Positions 35,553 through 44,149 of a stretch of 64,000 bases of DNA are shown here, piece after piece. The position numbers and the translations under genes were made by a program. The DNA is from Blastocatellia bacterium. GTDB lineage: Bacteria; Acidobacteriota; Blastocatellia; UBA7656; JADIYM01. The DNA is taken from positions 7,350-71,349 of the forward strand of contig JBGAKX010000005.1 in assembly GCA_044224215.1 (NCBI GenBank). The letters are read 5' to 3'. A model generated the notes under the pieces. The model made no database searches and had not been told where the DNA came from. It saw only the letters and a list, made by a program, of their open reading frames with translations. Within the stretch, counting starts at the first letter, position 1. Each line of letters opens with the position of its first letter.

Positions 35553-36815
35553 ATGGACCGGATAGGCCGAACAGCCGTCGTTCTTCTCATGCTCACCTGG
35601 TTGGCGGGTATGGCCTGCTGGGGGCCGCCCGCACAACGGCGGCAGGTGCAAATAACCCTCTGGCACGGTATGGAATCGGGAATCAACAACAGGGTCCTCG
35701 CCGCCAAAATCGATCAGTTCAACCGCCTGCACAGCGATATCCTTCTCGAGGCACAGGTGTATGGCGCGGCCGATCAACTCGGGCCAAAGCTTGACGCCGC
35801 CGTCGCCGGCCGCACGCCTCCGGATTTGCTGTGGTGGGCACCGGCATACTTTCCGAAGTATGCCAAGGCAGGTGTGTTGAGGAGCGTGGACGACTTCATC
35901 GCTCAGGACCCGACTTTCTCAAAGGACGACATCTACGCGTCGCTCTGGGAACTGGGCACGATGGACGGCGAGGTGTACGCCACTCCGTTCTCCGCAAACA
36001 ACCTGGCGGTCTACTACAACAAGGCAATGTTCGCTCGCGCCGGGATCGATCGGCCTCCGCAGACGTGGGCCGAGTTTCGCGATGCAGCGGCACGACTCAC
36101 TCGCGACGGTGTTTCCGGATTCCAACTACCAATTGGCACGTCCGAGTGGACCGTCTGGACGTGGGAGTGTTTCCTCTGGCAGGCAGGTGGCGAACTGCTC
36201 ACATCGGGGAAACACGAGGCCGCGTTTGGCGCGCCCGCCGGAGTGGAGGCTCTCGATTTCTGGAAATCGCTTGTGAAGGACGGCTCAGCAGTGTTCTCGG
36301 AAGCGGACGCGGGATACAAGATGGATGACCTCCTTTCGGGCCGTGTTGCCATGGTCATTAACGGACCGTGGAACCTCGCACTCCTCAACGATCGGACTGA
36401 TGTCGACGTGGGCGTGTTCCCGCTCCCGCGCGATCGGCAAGCGGCAACGAATATCGGTGGCGAGTCGCTGTTTCTCTTCCGCTCGGATCCAGCGCGCGAG
36501 CACGCCGCGTGGGAATTTATGAAGTTTGTCATGAGCCCGGATTTTCAGGTGGACTGGGCGATCGCCACTGGATACCTCCCCGTGTCAAAGTCGGCCGCGA
36601 ACACCGAACGGTATCAGGCATTCCTTCGGGACAATCCGATCGTGAAGGTTCATAACGACCAGATGACCGTTGGCCGGGCGCGACCGTCCATTCCCGAATA
36701 CCCTGCAATGTCGGCAATACTCGGACGCCACATTGAGGCCGCGCTCTATGGAAAGTACTCCTCAGAGGAGGCGCTTTCGCGAGCCTCGGCAGATGTCGAT
36801 CGGCTGTTCCAATGA
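35553..36815 (+). CDS. ABC transporter substrate-binding protein, family 1 (sugar/oligosaccharide)
   Basis: Signal peptide/lipobox-like MDRIGRTAVVLLMLTWLAGMAC, then an SBP_bac_1-type fold. The ORF-track start at 35085 was rejected because it overlaps the SPS gene on the other strand. Confidence 0.85.
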   Translation: MDRIGRTAVVLLMLTWLAGMACWGPPAQRRQVQITLWHGMESGINNRVLAAKIDQFNRLHSDILLEAQVYGAADQLGPKLDAAVAGRTPPDLLWWAPAYFPKYAKAGVLRSVDDFIAQDPTFSKDDIYASLWELGTMDGEVYATPFSANNLAVYYNKAMFARAGIDRPPQTWAEFRDAAARLTRDGVSGFQLPIGTSEWTVWTWECFLWQAGGELLTSGKHEAAFGAPAGVEALDFWKSLVKDGSAVFSEADAGYKMDDLLSGRVAMVINGPWNLALLNDRTDVDVGVFPLPRDRQAATNIGGESLFLFRSDPAREHAAWEFMKFVMSPDFQVDWAIATGYLPVSKSAANTERYQAFLRDNPIVKVHNDQMTVGRARPSIPEYPAMSAILGRHIEAALYGKYSSEEALSRASADVDRLFQ

Positions 36816-37684
36816 CGCGCGGACACAGAGACGCCGTCGCAGCGTATCTCTTCGTGCTCCCGGCGGGGCTACTTCTCGGCATCTTCGTGATCTACCCGAT
36901 CTGCGAACTCTGCTACGTGAGTCTGCACGAGTGGAACATCCTCGACGACCGGATGACGTACGTCGCGACGGCCAACTACAGCGCCATATTCGCGGACGAC
37001 GGATTCTGGCAGGCGGTGGTGAACACGGTGACGTTCACCGCGGTTACCGTGCCGGTCGGAATGGCAATTTCGCTTGCGCTCGCATTGTTGCTCGATTCCC
37101 GTCTGAAGGCGTTTGGGATTCTGCGTACCGCACTCTTCACCCCGGTCGTTACGTCAAGCGTCGCGGCAGGAATCGTCTTTGTCTGGCTGCTGAACGACGA
37201 CCGTGGTCTCATCAATGGAACCCTTCGATGGTTTGGCGTCGATGGACCAAACTGGCTTCAGAGCGAGACGTGGGCCATGCCAGCCGTAATCTTGATGTGG
37301 CTCTGGAAGCAGGCGGGATACAACATGGTGCTGTTTCTTGCGGGTCTCCAGGCAATTCCCTCGAGCACGTACGAGGCCGCCGAAATTGACGGCGCCCGAC
37401 CCGGCTGGCAGACGTTCCGGCTCATCACGTGGCCGCAGCTCTGGCCTACGACGTTCTTCGTTCTCGTGGTTTCGGTCATCTTCGCGTTCCGGGCGTTCGA
37501 TCAGATGTACGTCATGACCCGCGGAGGTCCAGTCGGCTCGACAACCACGCTTGTGTACTACGTGTTCGACAAGGCGTTCAAGTTTGGCGACATGGGGCAG
37601 GCCGCTGCCGTCTCGACGCTGATGCTCGCGATGGTCATGGCGCTAACGTGGATGCAGTTCAGGTTTCGTCACCGCGAGGAATGA
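36812..37684 (+). CDS. ABC sugar transporter permease (MalF/UgpA-like)
   Basis: 6-TM BPD_transp_1 permease with an EAA loop (EAAEIDGA). Its start overlaps the SBP gene stop (ATGA). Confidence 0.85.
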   Translation: MTRGHRDAVAAYLFVLPAGLLLGIFVIYPICELCYVSLHEWNILDDRMTYVATANYSAIFADDGFWQAVVNTVTFTAVTVPVGMAISLALALLLDSRLKAFGILRTALFTPVVTSSVAAGIVFVWLLNDDRGLINGTLRWFGVDGPNWLQSETWAMPAVILMWLWKQAGYNMVLFLAGLQAIPSSTYEAAEIDGARPGWQTFRLITWPQLWPTTFFVLVVSVIFAFRAFDQMYVMTRGGPVGSTTTLVYYVFDKAFKFGDMGQAAAVSTLMLAMVMALTWMQFRFRHREE

Positions 37685-37687
37685 TCA

Positions 37688-38506
37688 ATGCCCGCTCGCA
37701 AGAGGATGTCCGTCTGGAGATGGCTCTCGGCGCTGCTCGTTGCCATCGTGTTCCTTGTCCCGATCTGGTCGATGCTCGTAACGTCGCTCGCGAACCCTAA
37801 CGAGGCTGGCACGGGAACAGGCCTCATCCCGCGGACGCTTCGACTCGAGAACTATTCCGAGGCCTGGCAGGCAACCAACTTCTCTCGCCAGTTCCTGAAC
37901 AGCCTGATTGTGGCACTCACCGTGACGGCAGGGCAGATCGTCACGTCGCTGATGGCTGGGTACGCGTTTGCGCGAATCCGATTCTTTGGCCGCGATACGC
38001 TCTTGATGGTGCTGCTGAGTACGGTCATCGTCCCGTTTCAGGTTCTTGTCATTCCTGTCTTCGTCATTCTTGCCAAGCTGAGCTGGATAAATTCATATTG
38101 GGCGCTCATCGTGCCGTCGCTTGCGAATGCCTTTGGTATCTTTCTGTTCACTCAGTTCTTTCAGACGATTCCATATGAACTCGAAGAGGCAGCGTACGTT
38201 GACGGCGCAAGCCGATGGCGTGTGCTCTGGCAGATCATGGTGCCGCTCGCGAGGCCAGCCATCGCAACGCTCTTCATGTTCACGTTCGTCGCCGAGTGGA
38301 ACGAGCTCTTCAAGCCGCTGGTGCTTACGAGCACGAACAACATGCGAACGGTTCAACTCGGCCTCACGGTCTTTCAGGAGCAGTTTCGAGTCGACTATGT
38401 TCACCTTATGGCCGCCGTCGTATTTGCAACGGTTCCAAGTGTCGTGCTGTTCTTCCTCGGACAGAAGCAGTTCGTGAGGGGTATCGCCACGACCGGGTTA
38501 CGGTGA
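37688..38506 (+). CDS. ABC sugar transporter permease (MalG/UgpE-like)
   Basis: BPD_transp_1 permease with an EAA loop (EEAAYVDGASRWRV). Confidence 0.85.
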   Translation: MPARKRMSVWRWLSALLVAIVFLVPIWSMLVTSLANPNEAGTGTGLIPRTLRLENYSEAWQATNFSRQFLNSLIVALTVTAGQIVTSLMAGYAFARIRFFGRDTLLMVLLSTVIVPFQVLVIPVFVILAKLSWINSYWALIVPSLANAFGIFLFTQFFQTIPYELEEAAYVDGASRWRVLWQIMVPLARPAIATLFMFTFVAEWNELFKPLVLTSTNNMRTVQLGLTVFQEQFRVDYVHLMAAVVFATVPSVVLFFLGQKQFVRGIATTGLR

Positions 38507-38553
38507 CGCAACGGAGCGGAAGGCGGTGACTTCCGGAGCAGGACGTATTCCGG

Positions 38554-38796
38554 TTGCTCGTGGCGGGGGCGCGGTCGGATCACGTCGCAGAAATAGAAGT
38601 CGCGCCGACCGATGATGGCGAGCGATCGCTTGCAGAGCTTGCGATCGAAGGATGCGTGATCGCCGTCATCCGTCGCGATGACGGACTCGTCGTTCCAAAG
38701 GGTTCGACACGCGTTCATGCTGGAGACGTTCTGACGGTCGTCGGGAACGAGGAGGCGATTCGTGAGCTTCGCGGGCGTCTGGCTCTCTTGAACTGA
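38554..38796 (+). CDS. Stand-alone TrkA-C (RCK_C) domain protein, 80 aa, TTG start; possible gene remnant
   Basis: The segment ...IAVIRRDDGLVVPKGSTRVHAGDVLTVVGNEEAI... matches the TrkA_C fold. There is no N-terminal RCK_N domain. An in-frame stop lies at 38527. Confidence 0.35.
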   Translation: MLVAGARSDHVAEIEVAPTDDGERSLAELAIEGCVIAVIRRDDGLVVPKGSTRVHAGDVLTVVGNEEAIRELRGRLALLN

Positions 38797-38890
38797 AGGA
38801 TCGGATACCGCCTCACTCGTCGCAGCGTGCGCCGTTGCGTGGACCGATCAGGGCTTCCCACGTTTGGCGACGATCGGCGAATAGTGGCCG

Positions 38891-41212
38891 ATGCCTAGAG
38901 TTCACGCAGCTGCGAGTCGGACGACGCACGTGGTAATGTCCGGTGAGGAGACGCGGGCCATCGGCGAATACTCACAAGGTGAAGGTCCCTCCCGACGGAC
39001 TCTTCTGGCGGCTGCGGCAGCAATAGGTGCCCTCATCGCCTGGCTGGTGCTGGGAACCGCTACGGGTCCGCGGTTGGACTACGTCATTGGCGATCGCGTC
39101 ACGCAGGAGATTGTGGCGCCGGTCCAGTTGTCTGTTCCGGATCCGCAACTGACGGAAGCCCGTCGATCGGAGGCAGCGGACCTGGTACCTCCGGTCTTCG
39201 ACATCAGGCGTGGCGCCCTCGCCGATTCCATCGACCGATTCTCAGTGGCGCTGACGCGTTTGGGCGCGGACTTCAACGGGTCGGAGCGCGGCCGATTCGC
39301 ATCAAGTCCGGACGCGTTCGCGGCAGCGCACCAGGCCGAGCTCCCTTTTGGCGGGAAGCCAGTCATTGCAATCTTTGCTCGCCAAAGATTCAATCCGAGC
39401 CTCATCGCATCCGTCAAACGTGCACTTGAGACGCAGTCGTCGAAGCTCGTCTTGGCTGATGACGTCCCCGCGGTTCCGAACCTAACGGCGTACGACACGG
39501 CCACCGGCACGAGCTATCCTGTCCTCTTCCGCGATGTCACCCGGCTCTCGGAAGCGAAGGAAGGACTCCGCCGAGAGATTCTTTCGCTTGATGGCATTCC
39601 GCCTGCCGATCGACGTGTCCTCGCCGACGAACTCAACCCGCTCGTTTCTGTGACGTTGACACCGAATTCATCGTTGACAAATGCCGCACGCGAACAGGCG
39701 CGGGCATCCGTCGGAGATGTATCGGACGAGTACACCCCGGGCGAGGTGATCGGATACAGAAACCAGACCGTCGATCTCCGAATGTCGAGAGCCCTTGACG
39801 CAATCAACAAAACCCGCCGGACCCCGAACCTGCTTGCGCGTGGCTCCGGCGTGGTCATTCTGGCATGGTCTCTGCTTTTCGGGTTGTGGCTCGCCGCATC
39901 GCATGATCCGAAGCGTGTGCCCGGGCCGCGTCGCTCGTTTCTACTCTCGAGCCTGCTCCTGCTGCTCCAGGTTGGGTTCATCCGACTTGGGTTCGAGGTA
40001 TCCACTCGTCTCGGATCGTTCGCCCACGCAGGACTGCACGCCGAACCGATGTACGTCCTCGCGACCCCGCTGGTTGTCGCGCCACTTGCAACTGCCTTGC
40101 TCGGCGGCGGAGTCCTGGGTCTCGTCGAGGCACTCACGCTGGTGCCGCTCGTCGTGCTGATGACCTCGGCGCTTCCGTCCGGAGGATTGCCGGTCGGCGT
40201 GTTCGTGGTCGTCTTGTCCCTGGTCGCCGTCCGGGCGGCGTCGACGTACCATGCGCGCCTTGTCGTCGCGAGTGCCGCGATCGCCCTCGCACTTGGAAGC
40301 GTCGTTGCGGTTGCCGCGGCACTCCTGGTGTCGGGCACATCGTCCGTGAGCATGGGCGTCGTCGGCGTCGATGTCGGCCTTGCCTCCCTCGGCGCCGTGT
40401 TTTCCGCAGCCCTGACAGCGATTCTCTTGCCCGCTGCAGAGCTTGCGTTCGGAATCGTCAGCGACGTTCGCCTTCTCGAGCTTGCGAACGCGGACAGGCC
40501 GCTTCTGAGGGAACTCGCCATTCGCGCACCCGGGACGCACCAGCACTCCTACGTGATGAGCTCCATCGCGACGGAAGCCGCAAAGGCCATCGGTGCGAAC
40601 GTACTGCTTGTGCGAATAGGAGCCTACTACCACGATATCGGCAAGCTTCACGCGCCCGAAATGTTCGTTGAGAACCAGTCGGGAGGCCCGAATCCGCACG
40701 ACGAGCTCGATCCGGTCGAAAGCGCGCGACAGATAATCAGGCACGTCTCGTGGGGCATGGAGCGCGCACAGGAGGAAGGGCTCCCGGAGCAGGTTCGCGA
40801 GCTCATTACGGGGCACCATGGCACCCGAACGCTGCATTTCTTTTTGGAGAAGGCACGGCGTACGGCGCCTGAAGGGACCTTGGTTGACGAGAGCATGTTT
40901 CGTTATCCGGGGCCCAAGCCTCAAACGCGTGAGTCGGCGATTCTGATGCTCGCGGATGGGGCCGAAGCGGCGGTTCGCAGCCTTGACGACCCGACTCGGG
41001 AGGCGGTTGATGCGATTGTTGGCAAGATCGCGGATTCGGTACTGGCCGACAAACAACTCGACGAATGCGTTCTGACGATCGGGGAGTTCGAGCAGGTGCG
41101 GGAGGCGATCGTCGAGGCGCTGCTCAGCCTCCACCACAAGCGAATCAAGTACCCAGGTTTCAACCAGTCGACGGTTGTCCCGGACACCGATCGACTGGCC
41201 TGTTCAGAATAG
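38891..41212 (+). CDS. 7TM receptor with intracellular HD hydrolase (PgpH/YqfF-like HDIG membrane phosphohydrolase)
   Basis: Large N-terminal extracytoplasmic domain, 7 TM helices, and a C-terminal HD domain with HDIGK and the H...GHHG...D metal-ligand pattern. Confidence 0.75.
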   Translation: MPRVHAAASRTTHVVMSGEETRAIGEYSQGEGPSRRTLLAAAAAIGALIAWLVLGTATGPRLDYVIGDRVTQEIVAPVQLSVPDPQLTEARRSEAADLVPPVFDIRRGALADSIDRFSVALTRLGADFNGSERGRFASSPDAFAAAHQAELPFGGKPVIAIFARQRFNPSLIASVKRALETQSSKLVLADDVPAVPNLTAYDTATGTSYPVLFRDVTRLSEAKEGLRREILSLDGIPPADRRVLADELNPLVSVTLTPNSSLTNAAREQARASVGDVSDEYTPGEVIGYRNQTVDLRMSRALDAINKTRRTPNLLARGSGVVILAWSLLFGLWLAASHDPKRVPGPRRSFLLSSLLLLLQVGFIRLGFEVSTRLGSFAHAGLHAEPMYVLATPLVVAPLATALLGGGVLGLVEALTLVPLVVLMTSALPSGGLPVGVFVVVLSLVAVRAASTYHARLVVASAAIALALGSVVAVAAALLVSGTSSVSMGVVGVDVGLASLGAVFSAALTAILLPAAELAFGIVSDVRLLELANADRPLLRELAIRAPGTHQHSYVMSSIATEAAKAIGANVLLVRIGAYYHDIGKLHAPEMFVENQSGGPNPHDELDPVESARQIIRHVSWGMERAQEEGLPEQVRELITGHHGTRTLHFFLEKARRTAPEGTLVDESMFRYPGPKPQTRESAILMLADGAEAAVRSLDDPTREAVDAIVGKIADSVLADKQLDECVLTIGEFEQVREAIVEALLSLHHKRIKYPGFNQSTVVPDTDRLACSE

Positions 41213-41406
41213 GGCAGTCGCGGCGCGCAGTCCGTGCACGCGCGTCATCGGCGCGTGAAACGGCGTGGGCTTCGGTGTCCACCTTGTCCGGACGGATCGA
41301 AGCGGTTGGCTGGCGGACGCGTGTCAGTTGAATGCCCGGGTCATTGCTTCGCGCTGGACAGTAGATGCGCTCGCGTTGTGCCTGTGCGTGCGCGGACTGC
41401 CCCAAA

Positions 41407-42138
41407 TCAGCCCGAGCGGCGGGGCGCACTGGCGATTGCCGAACGCGCTCGAGCGATTCCCGGACTGTCGGGATGCGCTCGCGCAAGCCTGTCGACGGCG
41501 GCGTTCGCCTCGTCGACTTTGCCTTCTGCCGACAGCGCCATGGCCAGTCCAAGGAGCGCGGCCTCGTGGGTGGCATCGATGGCGAGCGCGCCGTTGTAGT
41601 CGTCAATCGCCCGACTCATGCGGGGTGAGTCGAGGATCGAGTACGCCATGCCGCGCGACGCAAGGATTCCCGCATTTCTCGGCTCGATCGCGAGAGCACG
41701 ACTGTACGCCGCGACAGCGTCGGCAAGGAGCGTGCGCGCATCGGCCGTCTCGGGGCTCGCGACGACCGCAGCCGCAAAGTTGGCATCGCCAAGCCCTGCG
41801 AGCGGCTCCGCGCTCTTCGGCCTCAGCTCGCTTGCGCGTCGATAGTACGTGATCGAATCGGCCGGCTTCCCGGCGATCCGCAACAGCGCCTCGGCCAGGT
41901 TGAACTGCGCATCATAGTCGTTTGGACGAGCGTTGACAGCTGCGATGGCGCGGTTCAGCTCTTCGTCAGAGAGCTCGTCGCTTCCGGCCGGCGAAGGACT
42001 GGTCTGAGGCGTCGACACATTCACCGCCGCGGGAACACCTTGAGGCTGACGCGATCGATCAAAGGCGTTTGCCGCGAGGAATCCGACGGCCGCGCCGATC
42101 GCCAACCCGACGAGAAACCGTAGCAGGCCTGACGGCAT
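41407..42138 (-). CDS. Membrane-anchored tetratricopeptide-repeat protein
   Basis: N-terminal TM helix (LLRFLVGLAIGAAVGFLAANAF), then TPR-like A/L-rich repeats. Confidence 0.55.
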   Translation of the reverse strand: MPSGLLRFLVGLAIGAAVGFLAANAFDRSRQPQGVPAAVNVSTPQTSPSPAGSDELSDEELNRAIAAVNARPNDYDAQFNLAEALLRIAGKPADSITYYRRASELRPKSAEPLAGLGDANFAAAVVASPETADARTLLADAVAAYSRALAIEPRNAGILASRGMAYSILDSPRMSRAIDDYNGALAIDATHEAALLGLAMALSAEGKVDEANAAVDRLARAHPDSPGIARARSAIASAPRRSG

Positions 42139-43025
42139 CAGGGCTTTGCGGTGCCCTCGCGGGCTGTCGGTTCACCCGCGCGGTTCGTCGAGTCGGCCGC
42201 GCCTGAGGGAGCGGCACCCGTGACGGAAAGCGTCTCGATGAAGAACGACCTGACGGCGTCGAGCCCACCGACACCGGGGCCGAGCAGCGACGTGCCATGC
42301 CCGCCCTTGTCGTACACCTGCACCTTGTAACGCGGATTGTGGACGGTTGCGGCAAGCGCTGCCGTCTGTGGGCCGTCGTCCACGTCGTCGCGAGCAGCGA
42401 TCATGAGCAGCGGCCGATCGCCATACTTTGCGATCGCCGGCTCCGTGGGAAGGCTACCGTGATAGTTCAGACCGACCGACAGAAGCACTGTCGACCGAAT
42501 GACGGTCGGGTGGTCGGCGGCGTAGATGAGCGCGTTCGATGCGCCGTAGGACGCGCCGATCAAGCCGATCCGCGTGGCGTCGACCGCGGTCCTGGACTTC
42601 AGGAACTCGACGGCGGCGGCGATGTCCCGCTGCGTGCTCCAGCCGGGCGGAATGCTGCCGTGCGATCCGCGGGTGGATTCACCGAACCCACGTCCGTCGA
42701 TCGCGAGTACGACAAACCCCGCGTCGCGCATCGCCGTGGCAAAGGTCGCGTACGACGCTCGATTCGACTGAAACTGGTGGAGCGCGAGGATGGCTGGCGC
42801 GGGCGTCTGCTCGGGGAGGTACAGGTCGCCGACGATGGCAACGCTGTCGTCGTCATCGGTCGTGAACGTGACGCGTTCGGGCGCGCCTTTTGTGGCGGGT
42901 GAGGGTTGCGGAGAGGACGGCGCGTTCGCGGCAGCCGGGATGCCCGAGGTCTGACTGCACGACGCGGTCACGACGAGGAGCAATGCGCCGAGGATTGCCT
43001 GTGCGACGAAGGGGGTTCTATCCAC
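42138..43025 (-). CDS. Alpha/beta-hydrolase (dienelactone hydrolase/S9-like) lipoprotein
   Basis: Lipobox LLVVTASC. Nucleophile elbow GASYGA. Conserved D and H (DKGGHG) downstream. Confidence 0.7.
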   Translation of the reverse strand: MDRTPFVAQAILGALLLVVTASCSQTSGIPAAANAPSSPQPSPATKGAPERVTFTTDDDDSVAIVGDLYLPEQTPAPAILALHQFQSNRASYATFATAMRDAGFVVLAIDGRGFGESTRGSHGSIPPGWSTQRDIAAAVEFLKSRTAVDATRIGLIGASYGASNALIYAADHPTVIRSTVLLSVGLNYHGSLPTEPAIAKYGDRPLLMIAARDDVDDGPQTAALAATVHNPRYKVQVYDKGGHGTSLLGPGVGGLDAVRSFFIETLSVTGAAPSGAADSTNRAGEPTAREGTAKP

Positions 43026-43059
43026 AGATTGACGACCTCCGGGGAGGGTGAGGTGTTGC

Positions 43060-43487
43060 GGGAGAGTGGATCTGTAAGCCGAATTCTGTTCCCGCCTTTC
43101 GGCAGGTGGCGATCATTCATCTAGGCCGGCAATTGCTCGCCGGCTCGAGCGACCTACCCGGAGGTCGTGGCCTTCCGCCCCCGAGGGAGCCTGGGCACTT
43201 GGACGGGCCGTCCTGGTTGACGCCTCCCTATTTGGTCTTGCACCGCGAGGAGTTTGCCTAGCCGCCGGATGTCACCATCGGCGCTGGTGGGCTCTTACCG
43301 CCACCGTTTCACTCATCACCTGATCCCTCTTTCGAGGGCCATCGGCTGACCTGTTCTCTGTTGCACTTGTCGTCGGGTCACCCCGCCTGGCCGTTAACCA
43401 GCTCGCTGCCCTTCAGTGTTCGGACTTTCCTCCCGCGACCCGGGCCGAAGCCCGGAACGCCGGCGATCGCCTGATCCGCTCTCCCAC
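43060..43487 (-). ncRNA. rnpB: RNase P RNA, bacterial type A
   Basis: The minus-strand transcript contains the universally conserved P4 strands GGAGGAAAGUCCG and ...ACAGAAUUCGGCUUACAG. It also contains CAACAGAGAACAGGUCAGCCGAUGGCCC, GGUAAGAGCCCACCAG, CAAGACCAAAUAGGGAGG and a P15-P17-like CCUAGAUGAAUGA region. These are collinear with E. coli M1 RNA by direct comparison from memory. P1 pairs GGGAGAGCGGAUC with GAUCCACUCUCCC. Confidence 0.85.
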
Positions 43488-43569
43488 AACGGGTCAAGTA
43501 TAGCAAGCGAGCGGCGGCGAACAAGCGGGCGCGGCGGGACGCGGGCCGTTCGACGGCCTCGCGAGCGCG

Positions 43570-43881
43570 TCAGTCGAACGCGTCGATGAACGTCTTCATG
43601 AGGTATGGGTTGTTGGACTTGATCCGGCCGGTCAGGAAGTCCGACATCCCGGGATAGTGATGCCCGTTGTACATCTTCACAAAGAGCTCTTCTGTCGTCT
43701 TGACAAAGCAGTCGGCATTCTCGACTGCCCGTCCCGGTTCGACGCTGCACGACTCTGGCCCGATCGTCACCGTCCACCGCAGCTCGTCGAGCGAGAAGTA
43801 GAACGTCATCTCCTTTTCGGCCCGCCCGGGGCGAAACCGGGACTCGAGGTGTCTGAAAATGTCGTCCGCCGTCTCCGCCAT
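43570..43881 (-). CDS. SCP2 sterol-carrier-like domain protein (103 aa)
   Basis: The ATG at 43881 is preceded by GGAGGAG at about 8 nt. The SCP2-like pattern includes ...TFYFSLDELRWTV...KTTEELFVKMYNG...LTGRIK. The ORF-track start at 43902 was rejected. Confidence 0.55.
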   Translation of the reverse strand: MAETADDIFRHLESRFRPGRAEKEMTFYFSLDELRWTVTIGPESCSVEPGRAVENADCFVKTTEELFVKMYNGHHYPGMSDFLTGRIKSNNPYLMKTFIDAFD

Positions 43882-44149
43882 CGGTGTTCTCCTCCGGGTC
43901 AATCACTGCAGTCAAGTGTCGGAAAGCGGGCCCTCTTATAGCCGCTGCGGAGTCCCGAAACAAGCCCCGCCGATGGCGGGTCAATTGGCTTGACTAATCG
44001 AGGCCCGGTGATATTCTAGGGCCCGACTTCGGCTGCCCCTGCCTTGCCGCATTCCCGCGGCCCCGCGGCAGCCGAGCCGTCTGGTTCGTTCGAATATTCA
44101 CAGCACCCGTTTTCCCATTGTTCTTCGGTCTCTTACGGAGAGGATCGCC

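Noticed and set aside
39514-41137. Two long minus-strand ORFs (335 and 398 aa) inside the 7TM-HD gene
   Set aside because: Antisense to a gene with an HDIG motif and 7 TM helices. Compositionally biased.
43394-43984. 196-aa minus-strand ORF
   Set aside because: Overlaps the RNase P RNA gene and the better-supported SCP2 ORF (which has a strong RBS).
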